Part shown: positions 54,115 through 64,000 of the stretch, piece by piece | Layout: each line of letters starts with the position of its first letter | Position numbering within the stretch: the first letter of the stretch is position 1 | NCBI GenBank assembly: GCA_013239625.1 | Contig: MU055600.1 | Coordinates: forward strand, 21,653,520 to 21,717,519 | Length of the DNA: 64,000 nt | Reading direction: 5' to 3' | Source: Lama guanicoe | Lineage: Eukaryota | Made by a program: the position numbers and the translations under genes | Notes under the pieces: model-generated | The model's input: only the letters and a program-made list of their open reading frames with translations | Database searches by the model: none | What the model was told of the DNA's origin: nothing

Positions 54115-57034
54115 TTTCTTTCACACAGTTTAAGAAAACCAGACATTAGTGTAAGCTGGAAGAACACCTCTGAGTTTGGAAGCAGGTCTCTGCCTTCTCA
54201 TCCCTAACGGATGGCCGACTGGAAGACCAGAGGCTGGCGTTCATTCAATGCTGTAAAGTGTTGTTATGCGGCGTTAACAGGGGTTACATATAAAAAGGGC
54301 ACTGGGGCCAAAACGAACTTTACAGACAGCAGGTCCAAATGAAGAGTTTCTCCAACATATCTGACAGCAGCAGCGGCCCCCACCCTGCCTTCCACAGAAC
54401 GTCTCCACCAAGAACACTTTGAGGAAGACTGGAGACCAAATATTTAAATCACTGTGTATCCAAAAGGCTGCTAAACATCCCACTGCTAATTCTAACCCAC
54501 AATGACAAGTTCATGTCTTTAGAAAGAAGAGGAGACCTATTTAGAAGCTGAGCAATGGGAAATGCAGCTCCCCCATCTGGGAGTGGAGGGAGAGGTGCTG
54601 ACTGAGCGGCCTCATTCAGACGCGCTCAGTCTTACCCCAGCGACGACCCCCGGTAAGTGTCAGGGTGGTGCTTCTCAAGCAGGGGGAGGAGGACGAGGCA
54701 CACCTCTTTAGGAGTTGCCCACCTTGACCCCTCCCTTTAGGAGACAAGGCCCTGGGGAGCAGTCGCCACAGTGGGAGGATGGGAAGCCTCTAAAGCATAT
54801 TGAGACCAAAAAATTGAGAACGGCTACATTAAAAGACATTTCTCCAGTGGGGTTTCAACTGACCCCCTGCCAACCTTGTTGAATTTCCGGAATGGCTTGG
54901 GCAAAACTACACCCACATCCAACTCATAATACTTAATAATTAATAGATTTGAACCCATATAATATATTCTCACTCGACATTAGAAGCTTCCAAATCAGTG
55001 TATTACAAAGTGTTACAAAATTTTAGTTTGTAACGCTGTCCAAAAGTATACGATGGGACTAGGTTTACCAAACTTATAAAAACATTATGGGACACTGGTC
55101 TGATATTGTTGACTTAAAGCTTGCCATTTCATCTTCCTCATTAACCATGCTGGAGAAGCAGCGTAACTTCTAAATAATCCAAGTCCTTCAAATTAGTCAC
55201 CGTTATCTTTCAACTGTTTCTGAGCTAAGCGAAGAACATTATTTTGCTCTCTGCCAACAAGAGAATGTAAAAGGCTTCGTGCCTCTGGCATCACTAGAGT
55301 AGGGTGTTTAAACTCTGTGCCTTTGTTCACCATAAAACTGACCCGAACTTACAGCAAGACGAGATAGAAGCCCACAGGCCCTGCTGGAGTAAGATGCCAC
55401 CTGCAGCGTCAGCCTCTTGCCAAAATCAAATTCTGTTGTGCAGCTTGCAATTGATGTACCAAAAATTTACCAGCCCACGTCATTTTATCAGTCTGCCGTC
55501 CCCAGAGGAAGTAAACGGGTAACACAGCTAATGAATCATATTTCTTGACCACTCTCAGCCAATGTAAATTGTTACTTGTCCCCAGAGGACTGAGCGGTGA
55601 GCAGTTTCCAAGCCCATTCGGGTGTCTGGGCCAGTCCACCACAGAGGCAGTGCTCCAAGATACGGGGGTGCTCCTGAGTCAGCTGTGGCGGACAGCCCCT
55701 TAAGCCATTCCCAAGTGCACGTCAGGGGTTGACGGGCCTCCGTTAAAACCTGTTCTGCGTCAGCATTTCTGTACACTGTGAAGACCCCATGAGATACGGG
55801 ACCTTAATTACTCACGCAACAGATGAGAAAACACTCGGCCTTTTAGCACCACACGGAGTGGAAGGCAGGGGACTGACTCACCATGAGGTGGTGAGCTGCT
55901 GAAGTTAGACCGATTGAAACCAAGCTGATAGCCCAGTGCCCTCTGGAATCTGTGACGCCAGCGCGTCTGTCTTCGAGCTCGGCCCGTGGCCCTCCTGGCT
56001 TAGAAGCACCCAGGGGACTCGCTCCAGCGCACACCTTCTCCAGGAAACCCACGTTTTAAGCTAGTAAAACAGGGTCTCTGGCTATGCCCGGGGGAACCTG
56101 CACTGGCACAAGCTCACCAAGTGTTTCCGTCTCTCTGGCAAGGCCTTCAGCGTCCTCCGCACGCAAACGCTGCATTTTGCACCTATGAAATGCTGAGGCA
56201 ACATACAGTCACTGGTTTAAAAGCTGAGGGCCGAGCACCGCCAGCTGGGGCTGGCTTAGCCGGCGCCCCGGGGGGCACACTTCCCCTGCGCCGCCGGACA
56301 CCCGCGGCACCGAACCCGCGACAAGAAAGCAGAGCAAAGCAGAACGCACGATTAAGAAAATTGGATTAAGAAAATCCAAGTCCATATGACTTCGGAGCTG
56401 CTCTGCAAGGCGGGGCGGGCTCGTCGGGAGAGAGGGCTCTTCCTGCCCGGCCCCTTCGCAGGTGGGGAAAAGATGAGACCCCTCCCCAACCAGGCTCCTT
56501 CCCTGCCCGGGGCTCCCACGCACCCGGCCTCCTCTCTCTCAGGTTCCCCTACTGGGCGGTAGTTCCAGCTCATCCTCCTCCCACGGTGGGAGCCCCCGGA
56601 GAGACTCTGCTGCGTGAGACTCAGCAGATGAAGCGCATTCTGTCCTCAGAGGCCCACCGCGAGGGCAGGGAAGCACAAAGCAACTACTTCATGTGCAGCT
56701 GCAGGGCGGTGGGCCCGCTCCAACTGCTGAGATAGAGCTGGCGAGCTCACTTTAAACAAAGCTAACGCTTCGTGAAACATTAGTGGTGTGCCTGCCTGAG
56801 GACCGACTTGGACCCATGTTCCCCCTTTAAAATCACACATGCAGAACCACTGCACACCCAGAGACGCCCCCCCAGTTGAACACCTTATTGACAGGAAGCC
56901 ACTCAAAAGTGCCAAGACACCAAGCTCCATAAATATTTTCGGCCACTGTAAACTGGAACCACACCCCTGGCTCGGGGGCTTAGGATGTCGTAGGCTTGAT
57001 GGTGACATTTGGCACAGAGGGCTTATGCTCTGAA

Positions 57035-57276
57035 TCATGTTTCTTTTTTAAGTGATTCTGGCTCGGGAATCCGATACAGAGCAGCTGAGAAATAAACTAT
57101 GTTGCTCAGGCTGCAGACGAGGCACAGGAGGACGGCTGCAGCTATGTGAGGGAGCAACAGGGGCCTGGAGTTGGCCAGGAGCCATTCCTTCCTCAGAGTC
57201 TTGTCCAGAAGTACGGCTTCCATCTGCATGTGCGTGGCCAGGACCGCGCACACGTGGAAGAGCTGGTGGCTGTGAC
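57035..57276 (-). CDS. PAQR5: PAQR5 last coding exon, 242 nt
   Basis: HSHQLFH Zn-binding HxxxH motif ... ALYRIPEPESLKKET*; TGA 57037-57035. Confidence 0.95.
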
Positions 57277-57334
57277 CTACGGCAAACACACAGGAGGCCA
57301 CCGATCAGCAAGGAAAGACGTCCGGACGGGTGCG

Positions 57335-57625
57335 CGCTACGGCAGGCGTGCAAAACCATCGCGCAGAGGAAAAGAAGCCGGTACGTGAGGCCACATACTG
57401 ATGATTCTGTTTATACCAAACGTCCAGAAAAGGCAACTCCATGGGGGCAGAAAGCAGATAGTGGTTGCTCGGGCAGGGGTGGGAGCTGCCGGGGGTGATG
57501 AGAACATTCCAAAACTCGTTTATGATGGTTGGACAATGTGGTGAATTTACTAAGAAAATCACTGAACTGTATACTTGAAATTAAAGAATTATGTGATAAT
57601 ATATGCTTTAATAAATTTATCTTTC
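57335..57625 (+). mobile_element. L1MB/MC-type 3' UTR fragment
   Basis: cacatactgatgattctgtttata..cagaaaaggcaa..gaaagcagatagtggttgc..cactgaactgtatacttgaaa. Confidence 0.75.
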
Positions 57626-58059
57626 AAAGGTAACATGAGAAAAATAAAAAGGCCACCAGAACAAACCAAATCCATTTTTAAAACAACTTGTCTACCGGTC
57701 CTGTTTTTCACGTGAACAGCTCTACTAACAGCAAGGGTACCTCTTGCGGGCCAGCACTGCGCAGCTCAGAGCCCGACCTCGGGGCCGGAGGAACAGCCGT
57801 CGCACTTTCTGTGGCTGCTGACGCAGTCCTCCTCTGCCTGCTGCTGGTTAACCCCAGGCGTGACCAGGGCTCTTCCTCGCCGGGGACCTGCAGGAGCCCC
57901 GCTCACCAGGGACACTTCCACAGAGGGTGGGGCTCAGCAGGCGGTGGGGGGAGTGGCAGGGAGGTGCTGAGCTGGTGGGAAGAGGAGCGCACCGCCCAGG
58001 GCTGGGGGCGGCTTCGGGGATGACCCTCAGACACCAGGAGTAAGGGGAGACCACACAGT

Positions 58060-58382
58060 TCACGGGCTGACTTCTGTCTCCCTCTCCCAGATGTGCACCT
58101 GGAAGTCCTAACCCCCGTACCTCAGAAGGTGACCTTCTGAAGACAAGTGAAGATGAGGCCAGGAGCACAGGACCCACCCTGCCTGGCGTCCTTGTAAGAA
58201 GAGGCGATTAGGGCGGGGCACGCACGCGTGCAGGCGGATGGAGAAGGCCGCCTGCGCCTGGAGACACTGGCCCTGCCGCCCGCCCGGCCTCGGGCCTCTC
58301 CCCTCCAGAGCTATGAGGAAAGGACCTGCCGGTTCAGCCGCCAGGCTGGTCCCCGTCACGCAGCCCTAGCTCACTGACGCAA
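58060..58382 (+). mobile_element. MaLR (MLT1-like) solo LTR in a PAQR5 intron
   Basis: gaagtcctaaccccc..acctcagaaggtgacct; gtccttgtaagaagagg; ccctccagagctatgag; gcagccctagc..actgacgca. Confidence 0.75.
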
Positions 58383-60106
58383 CCCGAGGGGTAAACAGGG
58401 TTCTCCCTCAGTTCAAGCGAAACAGAACAGCAGCGAGAATTCAGGGCTGTCCTCCCAGGAGTTCAGTGACCGCGCCCCAGGAGGGACCAGCCTGGCCGCC
58501 GCGCTGCCGAGCAGGGCAGGAGAGCCGAGTGGGCGGCAGGGGGCCTCGGTCTGCATCCCCCGGGGAAGCTGTGCTGCAGGGCCAGCCCGGCCTTACCAAC
58601 CACACTCACAGGCTGTGAACCGTCTCCAGAGCTGCGTGTGAGCCGCTTTGGCTCCTTATCCAGCCGAGAGCCGTGCTCTCCAAGGACACAGGGCCGAGCT
58701 GGAGGTGATTGGGGCACTCACCAACTGAGGCGCAAATCTGTCCCCGTTAGGGCAGGAGATAAAAAGGCGAAGCGGCCACAAGCGCTGACTTGACAGACGG
58801 GGCTGTGGCTGCAGCAGGAAGAGGTCCCGGTACTGCCCGGGCAGGGGTGGGAGGGGCTCCCTGTGGGCCTTGGAGACGGACACCCTCCCTGCTCCCTCCG
58901 CCTGGCGGGGGGCTCTCCACAACCAGTGGAAGATCTGTCCTGAACTGCTCTCCGGCAGTTTCCCCCTCGAGGGACGCCTTTCTGCTCTAGGCCCAAGAGG
59001 ACAGATGAGGGCGAATAAATAAACGGTTACTGAGAGTCCAGAGTGGGCAGGGCAAGGCCCAGGGCCGTTTCCTGCCGCGCCCAGACTTCCCACCACCCGC
59101 CTCCACTCCGTGGGGCCGGGCTGGGGTGTGGTCACTCCGGCGGGCTCCCTCCCGCTCCCGGTCCTCCTGTCTCCCCTTTTCTGAATACAGCCCTCTAAGC
59201 ATTTTGCTTCTTGTAATCCCTTCGGCCGGAGAGCGGGATAGGCTCTCATCAGAGCGAACAAAGCAAACTGTTGGCCGCATGTCTTAGGTGGGAGGACGTG
59301 GGCGCTCACGGGCAAAGTGGGCTTGGGGAGGCGGGGGCTCCTGCCCACCACGGTAGACCAGCGAGCCCCACGACCGCTTATCTGAGGAGCTCTCATCCCA
59401 GGATGCATCAGCCTCGCCAGCAGTGGCCCAAGGCCCCTCCTCCAACCAGTCCCAGAGCTGGGGTCCGGGAGACACGCTCTGCCCCGCCACCCACTTCCCG
59501 AGACAGAGAGGAAGGAACCCTGCCGGCAGGAGTGAGTGGACCACTGTGGCTCTGACACCTCCTCTCCACACTGTTTTCCAGCTTGAGTGAGCTCAGGCTC
59601 GCCGGAGAATCACACAGCTCCCCAGGGAGCGCCCGGCCCAGCCCACACGATTCTGCGATGGGATGTCTGGTGGGAGGCGCAGAGAATCTGCATGTTCCCG
59701 GAGGATGCTGACGCTGCTGCTCCAGGGTCATCCCGAGAACCACTGCTGCCACCATCCCTGGCCCATCACACCCACCTGAACAAGCAGAGGACTCTCCCCT
59801 CCTCCGCATAGCCCCCTACCAGCTGGTGTCCTCGAGGCTTCCGCCCTCGGGCGCTCCTGTTCCTCCACAGCTGCCTTCAATGTTCACTTAATAATGGGAT
59901 TTCACGCCAGGGTAATCCTAGGACTCTCCTGGCCCCACACCAGTTAGGAACGCTCCAGAATCCCAGACCCTCCTGCTCTCCATCCCCCACCATCCCACCT
60001 GACCGCTCACTGCCCGTGGTCTGTGCCCGGAGAACTTTCTGAAGAACTGCTTCTCTCCCTGCCCAGCCTCCCTTGTGATGGGACCCCCAACCCCCAATGC
60101 ACTCAC

Positions 60107-60248
60107 CGACGTAGTCGAAGCGGCCAGGGGCCAGGCGCTCCGGCAGATGTGCGGAGTAGAAGAAGGAGGCCAGGAGGGTCATGGCCATGTGCTTCTGGTG
60201 GTACAGGGTGGCTTCATTCTGTGCACTCCCCCCGGGGAGCAGGAACAG
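60107..60248 (-). CDS. PAQR5: PAQR5 penultimate exon, 142 nt
   Basis: LFLLPGESAQNEATLYHQKHMAMTLLASFFYSAHLPERLAPGRFDYV(G); PAQR-family PER..PG.FD motif. Confidence 0.95.
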
Positions 60249-61319
60249 CTGCAGATATTCAAAGACACGTCAGGCCTCGCGAGGAGGCCGCGGGCACCTC
60301 TGCACAGGTGTGTGGACTCGGCCGAGGCCCTCCCCAGCCCAGGCCTGTGCTGGAAAGGGGGCCCTGGGGGCTGTGTGAGCAGGCCTCCCATTCTGAGCGG
60401 ATGGAGACCCAGGGAGATTGCAGTTTAATCCCCCACATGCTCGTGAGGGCCTTTGGGTTATTTCATTACATAAAAAGAAAGAAAGAACAGAAGGGAGGAA
60501 AGGAAGACGGGTCCTGTCAGACACGGCGCTGCCCCTCCCCGGGTGGGGGGGCTGTGAGCGCCGCGAAGCCGGCCTGCTCACACTCGTGCTCACGCCCTGC
60601 AGCACGCCACCTCAGCGACGCTCTCCAGCCAGGGCGTGGAGGCCCAGAAGCCCCGGGAAGGCTTCCGGGTCATCAGAAAGCACTGACTCCAGCCGCTGTC
60701 CTGTTTGGAGTGAGGTATGGTTTCTGATTGTCCGCCACTTGCCGAGGGCACCAGGCCAGGCCTTCCACCTGCATCATTCATTGGAGCTTCAGCAGTGACC
60801 CCAAGGCAGACTCCGTTTCTCCCCTTTTGCAGGTGAGGAAACTGGGCTGGAGGGAGTCTTGCCAACCACTAATCAGTAGTGAAGTCAGGCTGATTCCAGA
60901 ACCGATTAGCTCAGCAACGGCGCCGTTCAGGAGAAGAACCCCCCCCGCCGCTGCCCGCCGTCCGCGGCACATGGGGCTCGTGCTAACACAGGAGCTGCGC
61001 TGTGGGCTTCCGTGGCCCGTGGGACCGGCCTGTTCTCTCTGCCCTGGTTTCCCGTGTTCCTGCTGGGACGGCGTCGCGGGGATGGGCTGCGTCCCCGTCC
61101 CTGGGTCTCCCCCAGGCCCGCACAGGCTGGGCACGGGGCACGAGCTCGGGGCCTCAGCTGGTGGAGCGACTGGACGCCTCTCCTTCACCCGGCCCTGCCA
61201 TCTCAGCTCAGACTCCCTCTGGGAGGGGACTCCCACTCTGGGAGCCTGGGCCGGGCACTGCTGAGCCCACAGATCTCTTTTTTGATGAACCCCCTCTCGC
61301 CCTCTGTGAAGGAAGAGAC

Positions 61320-61440
61320 ATCAGCCTCATTTACAGAGGAGGAAACTGAGGCTCAGAGAGGTTGTGTGCATTGCCTGAGGTCACAGAGCCAGTGAGCAGA
61401 GGGACTGGGATTTGAACTCAGGCCCATCTGATTTGAGAAC
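61320..61440. mobile_element. MIR SINE core
   Basis: catttacagaggaggaaactgaggctcagagaggtt..aggtcacagagcc..gggatttgaactcagg. Confidence 0.85.
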
Positions 61441-61993
61441 ACATGGACTTTCTTCTTCGTGTTCTTCATCTAATTCCCATCTGTCCTTTAAGACTTTCAT
61501 TCATACTTTTTCTTTCATTACTACTAATACGTGAATTGACGAGACTAGATGACGACGTATCCACAGGAATATTGCCACGTGCCAGCACTGTCCACACTGT
61601 CTCGTGTGATCCTCCCCGCAGCTGAGGAAAGGAGGTTATTAACCACCAAGGCACCAAGACGACAGACAACTTGCCCAAAGTCTTGTGGGGAATAAATACT
61701 AGAGATTTGCCTCCAGAGCCTGCTCTCCTGGTTGCTCTGCTAAACCTCAGGCCCCTCCTCTGCCCAGCCCTCCAGGATTGCTCCAGGGTCCCTGGTCAGC
61801 ACTGGCCACTGACTGGCCTCTGTGTTCATGCCATCTGCTAACTAGTCTGCAAGTGTCATTCTGGAAGCAGCTGGGGCTCAACTCCCACGTGTCCTACTGT
61901 GACCAGGACAGTGCTTTGACCCCCAGAGCTCAGGACACAGTTGATTGCCTGGTGTTGCCAACAGGCAGAGAGGGGATGGAGCCGGGCCCTTAC

Positions 61994-62090
61994 CCTGGAG
62001 AAGATGGGGAGGGAATCCCAGGTGTAGGGATAAGCGAAGGCCAGAATACGGAGCAACTTACAGAGCCTGGGCTTCTGGATCTCAAGAAAC
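61994..62090 (-). CDS. PAQR5: PAQR5 (membrane progestin receptor gamma) internal exon, 97 nt; upstream exons lie beyond the window
   Basis: tttag|G; FLEIQKPRLCKLLRILAFAYPYTWDSLPIFSR; |gtaagg. Confidence 0.93.
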
Positions 62091-62146
62091 CTAAATCAGG
62101 GAAGGAAAGGGGGGAGAAATGAGAAAGAGAAAGGGTTTCAGTAAAT

Positions 62147-62172
62147 CACACACACACACACATACACACACA
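62147..62172. repeat. (CA)n microsatellite
   Basis: cacacacacacacacatacacacaca. Confidence 0.85.
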
Positions 62173-64000
62173 TGCGCGGGCGCACGTGCGCATAGAAAAT
62201 AACAGCGGCCCAAGTAACCAACCGAACACAAGCATTTTGGCACAAGCTCCGCCTGCGGCCAGCAGCCTCTCCTCAGCCCTCTCTGTTCCTTCAGTCTCAG
62301 ATGTGGAGAGAGCTGGGGTGGGGGAGGGGGGACGACAGTCTCCTGGCACCACGAGAAGCAGTGGTATCAGGACGAGACGGGGGCAGGCACTGAGCAGCAG
62401 TCCTTCAAGTGCCATGTCATCTAGCTGCCGAAAGGCCTTCCAGACCAGTAACCCTCGGGCCACGGGGCATGCGGGACGTGGTGGCACGGGCTCCCGGGGC
62501 CAGCACACCCACGAGAGCTGAGATGCCGAACTAGTCCGGGCCGCCAGGTGACCGCCCTGCAGAAGCCGCAGGTGCAATCAGGAGTTAATCAGTTCAGAGA
62601 TTCCTGGAATATTCAGTACCACACTCAGGGACGCCGGACGGGGAGCTGAGTAAACACCGTCTTTTGTTCTTTCATCGCCGCCCCTGCCTGCCTCCAGTTC
62701 AAAGGCAGATGAAACTAACATTAAAATCGGGGTCCTGACTGTCCCAAAGACAGGTGGGTCTTCCGGAACGGACACGATGGGTCCTCAGCTGGCGTGGGCC
62801 CAGCCTGGGGAGAGGGCAGGGAGACGGCAGGCTGGACACCGGGAGGATGGGGAAGGGGAGGTTCCACACAAAACCACAGCCCTGAACTGGGGCACGGGCC
62901 AGGGAGCACTCACGCGGCCAGGCTGGGCCCGGTGGCAGGACAAGTACCTGCTTCATCCGCAGTGTCTGTGGAGGGCTGGTCCTCCCTCAGTACCCACCCA
63001 GGCGCATGGCGAAGCCAGCGGCCCCCACGGGGTGGCGAGCAGGGCCAGGGCTGGTGCGGTCTGTAAGGCGACGCAGGCGCCGGGGCCAGCTCAGCCTCTC
63101 CCACTCCCCCTCGTCCACTCTCCGGAAACGATGGAGTGTGTGCCCCCAACTGAACCTCACTTCTCTTCCCCGAAGCCCTGTCTCAGCCCACAAGCCTGCC
63201 CTTCCTCCATCCCGGGTCCCCCGCCCCCGCCCAGCCACTCATACCCCCTAAGAGCCAGTGCAGTCACCTGACTACAAGCCCCCTGTGCCCACATCCTTTG
63301 GGGTGGAGTATGGCCGAGATGCCCATGTCCGCCTCCTGGGCGGTCAGGGAACCCTCCTCAAGGGCGGAGCTGGTCTGGATCCCCAGCACCCAGCTCAGAA
63401 GCCTGTCTGAGGACGCAGATGTCGCCTGGCTGGTGCGTCCTGCCCAGCCCTCATGGCAGCTTGGCCCAGAGATCCCTGCTCCGGGTAAGAGGTGGCCACC
63501 GTGGGCCCCGAGAAGCCCTGCGGCCTCCAGAGATCCAGAGATCAGCTCCAACTTCTCTCAAGCCCACAGGCGCGTCCCTCCTCCTTTCCTGACCCTGCAG
63601 ACACTGGGCGGAGAAGGAAGAAAAGCTTGAGGAGGAGGAGGAGAAATAGGGACCTTAACATACCGTCTTTCAGAAGAGACGCCCAGCCTTGGAGAGAACC
63701 ACAAACCCCGGGAAGGCGCGGCCACACGGGGCTGCGATCCCACTTCAGTGTCCATCTGGACACCCTGGGTCCCATCCTGCCCCTGCGCTTCGCGGCCAGG
63801 TCACCCAGCAGGTGGCGTACCCGTGTGCAGCGGGGACCACAACGGGACCCCGCACGGGCCTGCTGCAAGGGTTTCACGAAATGGTCCTCGGTGGGAGCTT
63901 ACGGCTGCGCCCAGCACAGAGACACTCACCAAAGGGCAGCTTTAAAAAATGTGCATGGAGGGACCCATCCTGTCCCCTCCCCATCTCGTAGCTTCACTGT

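Noticed and set aside
58656..59558. 300-aa ORF in a PAQR5 intron
   Set aside because: GC-driven open frame with no ATG start and no recognisable protein.

Overview
Mammalian genomic DNA, most likely a camelid (inferred from three copies of a tRNA-Ala-like SINE of the camelid Vic-1 type). The window holds the conserved PAQR5-KIF23-RPLP1 gene cluster, all on the minus strand. It contains the last three coding exons and 3' UTR of PAQR5, the complete 24-exon KIF23 (MKLP1/CHO1 kinesin-6; 2904-nt CDS, 967 aa with both cassette exons) and the complete RPLP1 (114 aa). It also has CpG-island promoters for RPLP1 and KIF23, an orphan CpG island at ~7.1-8.2 kb, and many L1, L2, MIR, LTR and SINE relics. 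The most notable observations are: (1) RPLP1 has only 3 coding exons, an apparent precise loss of its last intron; (2) a sharp local GC spike with clustered amino-acid changes in KIF23 exon 17 (66% GC versus 30% in exon 16, about 600 bp away), suggesting a biased gene conversion hotspot; (3) two shifted KIF23 splice acceptors; (4) an internally deleted L1 with a duplicated filler at the junction; (5) a recent 145-bp tandem duplication; (6) a CTCF motif inside a MIR. No prokaryotic-type system is present. Comparisons to human orthologues are from memory and need checking by alignment. Repeat boundaries are approximate.
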